A stretch of DNA of 64,000 nucleotides from Candidatus Latescibacterota bacterium (GTDB taxonomy: Bacteria; Latescibacterota; UBA2968). Shown one piece after another: positions 21,621-33,100 of this stretch. The stretch covers positions 7,936,001 through 8,000,000 of the forward strand of contig OZ240241.1 in NCBI GenBank assembly GCA_965198115.1. Reading direction: 5' to 3'. The translations under genes were made by a program, and so were the position numbers. How positions within the stretch are numbered: position 1 is the stretch's first letter; every line of letters starts with the position of its first letter. The notes beneath the pieces are model-generated. The model saw only the letters and a program-made list of their open reading frames with translations. It was not told the DNA's origin and did not search any database.

Positions 21621-23179
21621 AGGAGCCTGTCGGAGTACCCAGCCGGAGGAAGATTTCGTATTGTAGAAGTGCGATCAAGGTTCCGACTCTGAATTGGAGG
21701 TTTCCGTTGAGCACTTCTACTCGGTTTCGTGTCTACAATCCGGCTCAGTTGATGTTGCTGCCTCCGGATCTCCGGAGTTGGCTTCCCAAGGGTCATCCGA
21801 CCTACTTCATTCTGGATATCGTCGGACAACTTGATTTGTCCGCGATCTACGAGACCTACGATGGGTCTCAAGGTGGCCAGCCACCGTATGATCCCCGGAT
21901 GATGGTGAGCCCTACTGCTGTATGGTTACTGTGAAGGCATCAGGAGTTCCCGCAAGATCGAGCGTGCGACCTATGACTCGGTTGCTTTCCGTGTGCTCAG
22001 CCTGGATCAGCATCCTGATCACGACACGATATCGACCTTTCGTCAACGGCATCTGGATGCCCTCTCAGGTCTGTTCAGGCAAGTGCTGTGTCTCTGCGTG
22101 AAGGCAGGTCTGGTGAAGCTGGGACACGTGGCGTTGGATGGCACGAAAGTCAAAGCAAATGCCTCAAAACACAAAGCGATGAGCTACGGCCGGATGAAGA
22201 AGAAAGAAGCCGAGATCGAGGCCGAAGTGCGCAGACTCTTGACCGAGGCCGAAGCCACTGACGCGGCCGAAGACGAACTCTACGGAAAGGACAACCGCGG
22301 CGACGAGTTGCCCGAGGAGTTGCAGCACCGGGAGACTCGACTCAAAGTAATCCGCGACGCAATAGCCGAGATCGAAGCCGAAGCGGAGGCTGAGTTTCCT
22401 GAGAAGCAGGCAGCGTATGAAGAGAAGGTAAAGGCCCGGGAGCGCCGCGGCGGTCGTGGACGTAAGCCCAAGCCTCCATCGAAAGAGCCCGACTGAAAGG
22501 AACAACTGAACTTCACCGATCCCGACTCACGGATCATGGTCTCAGGGGGCCAATTCCTTCAAGCCTACAACTGCCAAGCTGCTGTGGATGACAAGGCCCA
22601 GATTGTCGTTGCTGCCGACGTCACCCAAGAAGCTGATGACAAGAACCAGATGACACCTATGGTCAACCAGATCAGAGCGAATATGGGCGGCACGACACCC
22701 AAGCACCTCACTGCCGACACCGGATACTTCAACCAAAGTCAGGTCGATCAGGTTCAATCAGATGGCGTCGACCTCTATGTGGCGACGACAAAACAGAAAC
22801 ATGGAACGCCCATCGCGACCTGCCCCAGGGGACGGATCCCCAAGGGCGCAACGACGAAAGACAAAATGGCGAGAAAGCTTCTCACACAGAAAGGTCGCTG
22901 CACCTACTGGAAAAGAAAACAGATCATCGAACCCGTGTTTGGACAGATCAAATCCGTTCGGAACTTCACCCGATTCTCATTCCGCCGAATCCACAAAGTC
23001 ATCAGAGAATGGAACCTGATCTGTCTCACACACAACCTTCTGAAACTCTATCGACTCTCATTGGCTACCTGATCCCGAAGAGGAACTCGGCTCAAGGAAA
23101 AAACGAAGGTAACCGGTCGCTGACAGACTCAGCTGGACTTAATCTCAACGAGCTTCCGGGTGTAACCCGACAGGCTCCT
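21621..23179 (+). mobile_element. IS1182 family IS (~1559 bp)
   Basis: Perfect 13-bp inverted ends AGGAGCCTGTCGG / CCGACAGGCTCCT; removal restores PTR-YWHTD of TauD. Confidence 0.92.
21707..23072 (+). pseudogene. IS1182 transposase, disrupted
   Basis: LLPPDLRSWLP, GQPPYDPRMM, ALDGTKVKANAS, NFTDPDSRIM, ADTGY and IEPVFGQIK motifs; frameshift at ~21910 and in-frame TGA at 22494-22496. Confidence 0.9.
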
Positions 23180-23907
23180 AGGTATTGGCACACCGATGGG
23201 ACCTTCACGTGGCACCCAAGGTCTGTATGCTTTCGGCCGCATCTGTCGCCTCCCAAGGTGGGCAGCCGCCGCCTACGACGCTCTGAACGATTCGACAAAG
23301 GACAGGATCGCTGATTTGAGCGCATTCCACTCGAACCTCGTCGGAACCACTCGCGTTCATACCAAGGAGAACGAAGCCTATCTCCACTCGCTCGTCGGTG
23401 CTGAGCCTGAGGATGGCTACTACGGGCTCAACATGCGTGCCGAATGCCCGCTGCGTCCCCTCGTCAAAGTCCATCCGGTAACCGGCCGGCGGTCACTCTG
23501 CTTGGGACGTCATTCGTTCGGCATTCCGGGAATGCCGCTGGAGGAGTCGGATGCATTGCTCCGCGACCTCGAGACATCCGCGTGTCGGCCCCCGCGGGTC
23601 TACGAGTACGAATGGCAGGTAGGCGACCTCGTCGTCTTCGACAATCGGCGACTGCTCCACCGGGCGTGTCTCTACGACGAGCAGAGCGAGACCAGAGAAC
23701 TGCTCAATTGCCGCATCGAAGGCGACGCACCATCAGACGCCGGCCTCGACACCGAAGAAGCACCCCGAAGTGCCGAGGTCCAGGCTGCAGAGCTCACCCG
23801 CTTACGCAACAGACCAGCATAAACGGACTCGTTTTCCGAACCTCATCGTAATACCGCACCCTGCTCGCCGTAGCTTCAGCGGAAGCAAGTCCTCTGTCTT
23901 CTGTCCT

Positions 23908-26900
23908 CTACCGCACTTCCCGCCTTAGGATATCCAGATTCTCCCGCACCGTTTGGTTGTCCGGCGCCAGGCGAAGCGCCGTCTCCCAAATCTCCCCGGC
24001 TTCGGAGTATCGTCCCGTCTGGTAATAGACACCCCCCAGGTTGATGTACGCTTTCGTAAACGCCCGATCCATCTGAATGGCTGTCTGAAAGGACTGAACG
24101 GCAAGCGGATACTCGCCCAGAAGCTGGTAGGCGCGTCCCAGGTTGAAATGTAGGCCCGTGTCCGCGGCGCCCCTCGAGATAGCCTCCTGAAATGTTTCGA
24201 TGGCGGTGTGCAACGCTTCTTGCTCTGTGTACACGGTACCCAGGGTATTCCACGCGTCTGTGTACTCGGGAAAAATCTCCACCGACTGACGGAGATGGAC
24301 GATAGCACGGTCGAACTCTCCGCCCAGTGCGTAATCCCTTCCCACACCGTATTGGGCCTTCGCGCTGCCCGGCGCGGTGTTCACCTGCGTTTGGTTGAAA
24401 ACTTCGGTGTTCGCCCACGAGCGATTGCGATCGACGGTGATCCAGCCATAGAAGACCAACACGAGTAAGAACAGAACTGCCGCGGGTCTGCGCTTGCAGA
24501 GGTAGAATTCCCACATCTCGTAGCCAAGGAGAAGACAGAAAAAGACCGAGGGAGCGTAAGCCAACCGCTCCGCCATGATCGTCCCGATTGGAAACAGAAA
24601 GTTGCTGGTTGCGGAGAAGAGAATGGTATATCCACCCACCGACAATGCCACGACGGGATGGTCCCTTCGCTGCATCCACGAGATCACAACGGCCGCGACG
24701 ACGATCGCCAGAAACAAGAGAAAGCGATGGTCCAGCCAGCTTGTCACGACCGGTATCTGGTTGAAGGAATAGTCGGACGACAGCGTAGTCGGCCAGAGCT
24801 GCAGGCGAAAGTAGTCGAACTGGACCGCACCCGCCGTCACAATCCGTTCCACGAGTGACGCATCCACGAGGGGGTTGTCAAGAGTTGGTGTGGAAAGCGT
24901 CCGGTCTCCGACCACCATCCCTCGAAGCGCGAGCCACAGCCCCATCACGATGACATACAGACCATAACGTCTGAACGGCCATGAGGACTTCTCGCCCACA
25001 CAGAGATCAGTCCACATCGACAGTAGAACGAAAAGGGCAGCCGACTCCTTGCACCACAGAGCCAGCAAGAAAAAGAGGCTCTATCCGGGTTTCTCAACGG
25101 TGAAACTATAGAATGACAAGGTCATAGATCGTTCCCTACGCTTGGTTGTGTGTGTAGGACAATCAAAGCGAAGGGGGTGCGACCTATGACCGGGAGCAGA
25201 TTACTATCGAAACTGCTGAGATTCAAGGGGTTCCGTGTTGTCAGCTGGTGGTTTGAGGGGAGAAGCTGTTTCGTCATCGCCGTAAAGCCACATAAGAATG
25301 GTTGTTGTTGTCCGGAGTGCGGCCGTCGAGGTAAAATCGTCCGCACAATGCCCCATCCGCGTCGGTGGCGTGACATTCCGGTGTGCGGGTGGAGGGTCTG
25401 GCTTCTCTACCATCCTCGGGAGATTCGGTGTCCTACCCACGGTCGTGTGGTCGAGGAGATTCCGTGGGCGGAGCGGTTCTCTCGGGTGACGTATCGCTTC
25501 GAGTATGCCATGCTGCGCTACTGCCAGACCATGACGCAGAAGGCGGCGTCCGAGTTACTGCGCATCTCTGCCTCGACGCTGTCGGATCTCCTTCACCGAT
25601 CCATCACGCGGCTTCGTGAAGGTCATCGTATCCGAGGGCTCAAAACCATCGGGATCGACGAGATCTCCTACGCCAAGCGTCACAGGTACGCCACGCTCGT
25701 TTACGATCTGGACCGCTCCTGCGTGGTGTGGGTTGGCCGCGGCAGGGCGCGTAAAACGATCGATCGGTTCTTCACAGAGGCTCTCAGTCCCTACCGGAGA
25801 TCCAAGATCGAGTGGGCCTGCTGCGACATGAGCGAAGCTTACATCGGAGCCATCCAGGAACACTGTCCGAATGCCAAGCTGGTCCTCGATCGCTTTCACA
25901 TCGTCAAGGCTCTCAATGCCGCCGTTGACGAGGTCCGTAAGGACCAGTGGCGTAAAGCTGCCCGGATGAGCGCAAAGCCATGAAGGGCCTCCGATGGCTC
26001 CTCTACCGGCACTCAGCGACACGCTCCAGAGGGGATACTCGGACACTCAAAGCACTGGAGAAGGCGAACTACCGAATCTATAGAGCCTGGAGACTCAAGG
26101 ACGAGTTCGAGCAGTTCTGGGAATACAAAGCGCCCTGGGCTGCCGAACGCTTCCTGAAATGCTGGACGACGTCCGCACTCAGAAGTCGACGTGAACCCCT
26201 GCGAAAGTTCGTCAGGACCCTGCGACAGCACTTCTTCGGCGTCCTCGCATTCGTGAACACGCGTCTTACCAACGCCATCGCCGAAGGCCTCAACCGAATC
26301 GTCCAAATCGTCAAGAACCGAGCCAGCGGATTCCGCACACTCGACGCATTCAACGATATGATCTTCCTTACCGTCGGAGACATAAACATCCCTGAGCAGA
26401 TTCCGAAGAGGTTCCGCACACTCTAACCGCGCCCCCCATGCCAGGAACCACGGCACCTTCACCCACTTCATCTCGTTGAGAGATCCGGATATAGCCGAAA
26501 AAGAGGGCTCCGATCCATCGTCGTCTGCCGTGCAGGACCAGAAAAGTCAGGCCGAAGCCGAGGGCCAGCAGTTCGGAGCGATTTGCGATCGCGTCTACCG
26601 CTTCGGTATGAATCGGATGCGTGACGAAGAGAAGCGCCGCTGCCAGTCCGGCACCCGCGGCGATACCCGACTGAGCCAGAAACCGGTAGAGCGCGCAGCT
26701 GGCGAGTGCGTGCAGAAGCAGGTTGGCGACACGATACCCAGCTGGATGCTCTCCAGGCAGGCTCAGGATCCGGTTGACCCGGTAGTTCAGCGCCAGGCTC
26801 CAGATTGTGAGCGGCCGATAGAGAGGATCTTCTTTCTTGATCTCTCCCCAGTACCGGCCACCGAAAGTCGCAACGAAATCCCACGGATGGCGGATCGCCG

Positions 26901-27018
26901 TCTGCTCTTCGATCAGCCGCTGATCGTCGAACACGAGTTCGTTCGTGAGTGTATTAGCGTAGAGAAGGCACGAGAGGCACGAGATCAGCAGATATGCCCG
27001 TGTCGATGGAATTCGCAC
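23908..27018 (-). pseudogene. TMTC-like GT-C membrane glycosyltransferase (DUF1736 + TPR) interrupted by ISL3 copy 2
   Basis: LVFDD, YRPLT, HPIHTEAV..RSELL, KES, WPTTLSSDYS and MAERLAYAPS motifs, then C-terminal TPRs. Start uncertain (27018 or 27138). Confidence 0.85.
25077..26496 (+). mobile_element. ISL3 family IS, copy 2 (transposase frameshifted ~25963)
   Basis: Same TIRs as copy 1; TSD GAAAAAGA (25069-25076, 26497-26504). Confidence 0.96.
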
Positions 27019-27271
27019 GCCGGTTCCTCTTCCAAATTGGAGATGGGGAATGCGGGTGGAGGAATAAACACCGTCTTTCCTTCTAGAGGCAAGGAACCGA
27101 GTACCCGCGGAGGTTGGCGTATCGGAGGTTATCTTCATTTTCGACCGAGTCGGGGCTACGCTCCCTCAGATGGCCGTCGCGAAGGATGTTCGCTGTGTCT
27201 CCAAACCTGACAATTGGCTATCCTGAATGGTCACAGAGACGACCACGGTCTTTGAAGTTGGGGACGAAATA

Positions 27272-28096
27272 ATGCGCGTGCAAGATCCGCTCGACGACCA
27301 GGACCTCGAAGACCTTCGGACCCGTGGACACTGCCGGACACGAGTGTGTTCGGAAGAACACGCGACCAAGATGGTGGATATCATCTGGCACCGTCTGGAG
27401 AAACACGGCGTGTCGAAAGAGGACCGATCGACCTGGGTCAACGTTCAGGCCCCCAAGCTGAGTCACACCGTCCGGAAGCAGCGCATATTCCAGGAAGCTG
27501 CTTCCGAAGAATTCTTGGGTGCGATGGACCAGCTCCTTGGGAAGGGCGAGTGGGAGCGCCCAAAGGACTGGGGCATGGTTCTCTACACGTTTCCGGAGAT
27601 CAACGACAAACCCTGGGATGTCGTGTCCTCGTCCTGGCACTGGCATATGAACCCACTCCGGAACATCGATCGATTGTGCGACCTCTTCAGCTTCAACTTT
27701 CTCTCTTCCGTCGAACCCGGTGGCGGAGGGACTCTCATCGTGGAAGGCATCCATCACGTCGTGCGCAAGTATCTGTCCGAATTGACACCCGAGCAGCGGG
27801 AAGAGCGACCGGCCAAGCAGATCCGTGAAGGTTTCTACAGGTTCCATCCCTGGATCAAGGAACTCACGAACAGGAAGGACGAAGGCAGCCGCCTAGGATT
27901 TATGGAGACCGCCGATGTTCACGGCTTTCCCTGCCGGGTCGTCGAATTGACCGGGGGACCCGGAGAAGCCGTTATCATGGATGCAGGGATTCCTCACGCT
28001 CGGAGCAGAAACTGTCTGGAAGTACCGCGATTCATGCGTGCGCTCGGCATACGACGTCGCGGATACGCGAAGGGGCGATACGTGGCAGGACGTTGA
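27272..28096 (+). CDS. PhyH-like dioxygenase
   Basis: WHWH, VEPGGGGTLIVEGIH, ELTGGPGEAVIM..PHARSRN. Start may be 27227. Confidence 0.75.
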   Translation: MRVQDPLDDQDLEDLRTRGHCRTRVCSEEHATKMVDIIWHRLEKHGVSKEDRSTWVNVQAPKLSHTVRKQRIFQEAASEEFLGAMDQLLGKGEWERPKDWGMVLYTFPEINDKPWDVVSSSWHWHMNPLRNIDRLCDLFSFNFLSSVEPGGGGTLIVEGIHHVVRKYLSELTPEQREERPAKQIREGFYRFHPWIKELTNRKDEGSRLGFMETADVHGFPCRVVELTGGPGEAVIMDAGIPHARSRNCLEVPRFMRALGIRRRGYAKGRYVAGR

Positions 28097-28177
28097 GTAA
28101 CGTTCTTACAATGGACCTGCGCGAAATGACCTCCTTACTTTTGCCGTGGTTGATAGTCCCGACTGGAGGGTCTTGAC

Positions 28178-28588
28178 ATGTTCGTCACTCTTCTCCTCGT
28201 CACGCTCGTTGTCGCAACAGGAACATCCGGCATCGTCGCCCGGATGTTCAGAGAGCCGATCAGCTCCATTCTCGGGAGAATAGTCGCGATCGATATCGCA
28301 TTCGCGTGGACGAAATATCTGCGGTTCGCGATCTACGTCGTTGGCATTTCCGGCGGCGTTCGGATCCGCAGCCTTGAGCAGTACATACGACCGGCGAGTG
28401 ACGAATGGACGCCACCGACCCTGACGACGAATCGCTGGATTCTGGAAGTCTACCGAACCATCATCGAGTCACTTCAATCCATAGCGTGGATGCTGTTGGT
28501 ATTCTTCGTGGTCGCTCTGATCGCGTATGTGATCGTGCGAGCAGTCGAGCTGCGCCGAGGAGGTAAGACGGAAGGAAGTGATGCGTAA
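28178..28588 (+). CDS. Hypothetical 3-TM membrane protein
   Basis: GGAGG RBS; three hydrophobic segments. Confidence 0.75.
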   Translation: MFVTLLLVTLVVATGTSGIVARMFREPISSILGRIVAIDIAFAWTKYLRFAIYVVGISGGVRIRSLEQYIRPASDEWTPPTLTTNRWILEVYRTIIESLQSIAWMLLVFFVVALIAYVIVRAVELRRGGKTEGSDA

Positions 28589-28667
28589 CACCGCGAACGC
28601 AGTGACTGCGTGTCGCCCGCCGGCTGCAGAGACGCGAAGGCTGGTCTTCGCCAGGAGACTGAGAAGA

Positions 28668-29656
28668 ATGAGCAACGAGACGAGTGACACAACACTGCAG
28701 AAACGAAGGCTCGGACGCACCGGACTGGAGGTTACGCGTCTCGGATTGGGGACCTTTCGACTCACGATCGACTTCGGCGTCTACCAGGACAAAGCGTTGC
28801 CGCTTATTGACCGAGCCGTATCGCTCGGCGTCAACTCATCGATACAGCGCCCCTCTATGGGTCAGGCGAGAGCGAAGAGCTGATCGGTCGAGTACTCGTG
28901 AAGCATTCCGATAAGCACGTGATTGTCAGCACCAAGATCGGCCACTTCGACCGAACCCTGGCGCGGACCGCGGGCGACGAGGCCTATAGAAACGAGGACT
29001 GTATCCGGCGAGTCATCGATCATTCCCGGTGGCTCCTGCAGAAGGACCACCTGGAGATGGTCTTCATCCACGAGCCGGAGTGGGAGCTCTGGGGATGGGA
29101 CGAAAAGACCCTCACCTGCCCCGCCCTCCACGTCCTGGAAAAACTCAGGGACGAGAAGGTCATTGGTGCCATCGGAATGGGCAGCAACGTGGTGGACTTC
29201 CCCGGTCGGCTGGCCGAAACAGGGCGTTTCGACGTTGTAGAGATCGCGAATGGGTACACCCTGCTGGGCCAGGGAATCCAGGAGCGAATCCTCCCCGCAG
29301 CGGAGAAACACGACCTCGGTATCGTCGCGGGGGGCCCGTTCCGAGCCGGCATGCTGGCCACGAAGAACTACGAAAGACTCGAGCAGCTGAAGAATTCGGA
29401 GAAGCCATCACGATGGTATACCAAGAAGGCGCACGACCGGCTCCTTCGACTCTACGACTTGAGTGACGAAACCGGCCTCCGCATGCACGAGATGAGCCTC
29501 CGCTATATCCTGAGCAACCCCGCCATCCACAGTGTCATCCCCGGTGCCCAGACCCCGGAGGAAGTCGACGCGAACTATCAGGCTGCTCTGAAGGGTCCAT
29601 TGCCGGGCGATGTGCTTTCGGCCATCGAAAAGATTCAGGAAGAAACGTCCGAGTGA
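28668..29656 (+). CDS. Aldo/keto reductase, frameshifted ~28835
   Basis: KRRLGRTGLEVTRLGLG, (F)IDTAPLYGSGESE in the shifted frame, VSTKIG, VIPGA. Confidence 0.88.
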
Positions 29657-29727
29657 CTATGTGGGGCGAGTAACAAGGCGATCTGACCCTCCACCAATTC
29701 AACGCCGAGCAAACTTTTCACTCAAAG

Positions 29728-29771
29728 TACGACATTTATCGTTGACAAGTACGAGATTCGTCGTATATATT
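29728..29771 (+). promoter_or_regulatory. Sigma70 promoter with two BlaI-type palindromic operators
   Basis: TTGACA at 29742-29747, TATATT at 29766-29771; TACGA-CATTTA-TCGTT (29728-29743) and TACGA-GATTCG-TCGTA (29750-29765), 22 bp apart. Confidence 0.8.
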
Positions 29772-29801
29772 GCCCTCATCACTCGAAAACGAGGAGGCTC
29801 A

Positions 29802-30194
29802 ATGGGGCGGAACGACAGCGGAAAAGCCACCGATGCCGAGTTGGAAGTGCTCAACTTGCTCTGGCATCGCGGGCCGAGCACGGTCCGCGACGTCCACGAC
29901 GCGCTTACGGAACTCAGGCCGATCCAATACACCACCACCCTGAAAACGCTCCAGGTCATGGCGAACAAGGGCTACGTCAAGCGAGACGAGTCTCAGAGGG
30001 CTCACGTCTACGAAGCGGCGGTGGACCGCGGAGAGACGCAGCGAGCCCTTGTGGGCGACCTCGTGGACAGAGTCTTCAACGGTTCGGCCGCGGGTCTGAT
30101 CGCCGGGGCACTGTCAGCGAAGAAGGCATCCCAGGAAGAGCTCGCTGAGATTCGACGACTGTTGGATGAAGCAGAGGAGATCGGAAATGAGTGA
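29802..30194 (+). CDS. BlaI/MecI/CopY family transcriptional repressor
   Basis: TDAELEVLNLLW..GPSTVRDVH..YTTTLKTLQVM..KGYVKR..VDRVFNGS; GAGGAGG RBS. Confidence 0.95.
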   Translation: MGRNDSGKATDAELEVLNLLWHRGPSTVRDVHDALTELRPIQYTTTLKTLQVMANKGYVKRDESQRAHVYEAAVDRGETQRALVGDLVDRVFNGSAAGLIAGALSAKKASQEELAEIRRLLDEAEEIGNE

Positions 30195-33100
30195 TCTGAT
30201 GCTGCTTTCGGACCATACGATCTACGCAATTGGATGGACATTGATGCACGCTGTCTGGCAAGGCCTGATCGTCGCCGTGTTGTTCTGGGGGGCACGGCAC
30301 TTCGCGAAGGCGTCCAGCGTCCGCTACCTGATCGCCTGCGGCGCCCTCGCCGCGATGGTCTCGATGCCGGCCGCGACTTTTGTCACGATGTTGCCATCGC
30401 CCGCGGATCCCATCGTCACCTGGACCGAACAGGCGGCCGCGAAGTTCCCAGGTACGGTGATCACCTGGGAGACGAGCGAGATCTATCGCCCCGACTCCCG
30501 TCCAATCTATCTCGATGCGTCCGATGGGTGGAGCGATCTATCTGCACAATTCCAACGTCACCTGCCGATGATCGTCTTTGGCTGGCAGATTGGCGTTCTA
30601 CTTCTCTCGCTCAGGCTCATCGGCGGCTCCTGGATCACTCATCGTTTGAAGTGGGCAGGAACGCAGACGCTACCGGACGAATGGCGGGCTCGGGTAAAAG
30701 GACTTGCACGGAGCCTGAACATCCATCACAGGGTGAAGGTCGTGACGTCCTCCGTGGCGACGATCCCCATGGTCGTCGGTGTGTTTCGACCGGTGATCCT
30801 CCTTCCAATCGCGACCTTCCTCGGTCTCTCCCAGCGCCAGCTGGAGGCCATCCTGATTCACGAACTCGCGCACGTTCGCCGCTACGACAACCTCGTCAAC
30901 CTGTTCCAGCGGTTCGCAGAGACGATCCTCTTTTTCCATCCGGTGATCTGGTGGATATCCGGCTGCATCCGGGAGGAACGAGAACGATGCTGTGACGACG
31001 TCGTGATCGGCCACAGCGACCGAAAGGTTTATGCCGAGGCGCTCGTGGCGCTCGAGAGCTTTAGGGGACCGATGCTGGCTGCGGCGGCGACGGACGGCTC
31101 GCTCCTGTCGCGCGTGAAGCGCCTGCTCGCCTCCGATGGAGGAGAGCGGCGCGGATGGGGCCTGCTGACGATGAACAATCTTGCGTGTGTACTGGCCATG
31201 GTCGTCATCGCCACCGTGGTTGTCGAATCGACCCAGGAGACCGACGCGGCCACTGAGACGTCGATGAATGTCGCGGCCGATGTGACGCCCACAAAACCGC
31301 ACGTGGGCACGACGCTCTGCTCTACGCTCAGTCCGCTGTTGGGCGCGATGGGTCAGCCCGAGTGGTCGATGGCACGGCTGCAAGGCGTGCTCGGACACGC
31401 CTTCACCTTCGAGATGAAGGAGGGCGGCGGCCCCGTGATGCACGACAACCTCGACTGGGGCGACCGGGCCCTCAAGACGATGTATGACATCGCGGACTTC
31501 CAGTCTTTCAACGCCACAAAGAAGATGAAGACCGTCGACCGGCCGCGATCGAGCGGGTGGCCCGCGACTCCGTTCGGGCATCCCTGGCCAGGGGTGTCCC
31601 CGCCCTCGTGTGGCAGCCCATGAGCGTTGAACAGAAGAAGAACGGCTACCACGCTTACTGCTGGGGCCTCGTCGTCGGATACAACGAAGATGGCGAGACC
31701 TACACGATCCGCCATCCGTTTATGCCCGACGACTACACCGTTCGCTACGACCTCATCGGACACACCGACGGCGCCGAGTGGTTCAACGTCAAGATCCTAA
31801 AGACGCTCAGCGACAAGGATGAGCGAACCGTGCACGTGGACGCGCTCCGGAACGCGCTGGCCTCCGCGAGTGGCGAGCGATACAAGCGAAAGAACAGCGC
31901 ACAGGGCTTGGCTGCCTACGAGTTGTGGGCGGGAGTCCTGACATCTGAAGATGTCCCACTCGAGCCGACCCGGTATCACTCGGAAATCCTGAGGGGTCGA
32001 CGGCTCGCAGCTGCCGCTTACACGCGCGAGCTCGTCACGTTGCTCCCCGAAGCGGAGGCATCGCTCAACGCTGCCGCGCAGGCCTACGACCGGGAGGTCG
32101 AGACGCTGACCCCCCTCTACGATCTCCTCGAAGCAGCGAAGGACCGTGATGCAATCACGGACGGCGAACGAGCGGAAGCCCGCCGTCTCATCAACCGTGC
32201 TCTTGAACTCGATCGGTCGGCCATCACCCATATAGAGGGTGCGTTGACGGCCCTTGACGCAGGTGCAGCGGAAGAACCCGTTGTTCCACCGTCGTCCGGC
32301 GCAGGGCATTCACGCAATGTTCTGGACATCAAGCCGTCGATGGCCTTCACCCGTGCGGTTAGCGCACTGCACTCGACGCTCCAGGCGGCCGGGGCGACCA
32401 ACTGGTCGACCGCCCGGTTGATGAGCGTCCTGGGGAACGCCTTCAGCTTCGAGATGAGGAAGGGGGGCGGCAAGGTCTGGCAGGAGGCGAACACCGACTG
32501 GTGGCAGTTCCTGCCCGGCCTGGATCTGGGCATTCCGGTCAGACGGATCGAGACGTGGGACCGTGATGCCCTGCGGAGTGCCAGGGAAGCCGCGTGGGAT
32601 GCCGTCCGCACGAGCATCGATCGGGGCGTCCCCGCGACCGGTATGGTCCCGATGAATCCGGACCCGGGTGCGCCAAGCGACTGGGGGTCGATCGTCGGTT
32701 ACGACGAATCGGATGGAACCTACGCGGTTCGGCGCCACAGGCTGGAGCTGGATGTCAGATACGACGAGATCGGTATCCCTGACGGGGGATTCTGCGTGTT
32801 AGTCCACGATCCGACGAAGGCGGGGGCCGGGGAGGCGACGCATTTAAGCGCGCTGAAGAATGCGGTCAGGTTCGCCTACGGTACACGCTTCCCGGATCAG
32901 GCGCATCCGTATGCGGTCGACGCACGTGGGTTCGCCGCCTTCGAGCTCTGGCGAGACGCCATCGCGTCCGGGGCACCCATTCCCAAGCAGCGCGGTCCGG
33001 GCAGCGGCGGGATCATCAGGGATTCTCGCTACAACTCCGAAGAGCTGCGCGAGCTGAGGAAATACGCCGCTGCCTATTGTCGAGAGCTCGTAGACACCTT

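Larger units (their letters stand above)
21300..23822 (+). pseudogene. TauD/TfdA family dioxygenase interrupted by IS1182 and further degraded
   Basis: FGAVITGVDL before the IS, YWHTDGT right after it, then PLVKVHPVTGRRSL and GDLVVFDNRRLLHRA. Extra frameshifts and an apparent loss of the residues between GG and AAAYDAL near 23260. Confidence 0.88.

Noticed and set aside
19188-26496. Composite transposon formed by ISL3 pairs (also 48621-57300)
   Set aside because: Each copy has its own matched target duplication, indicating independent insertions.
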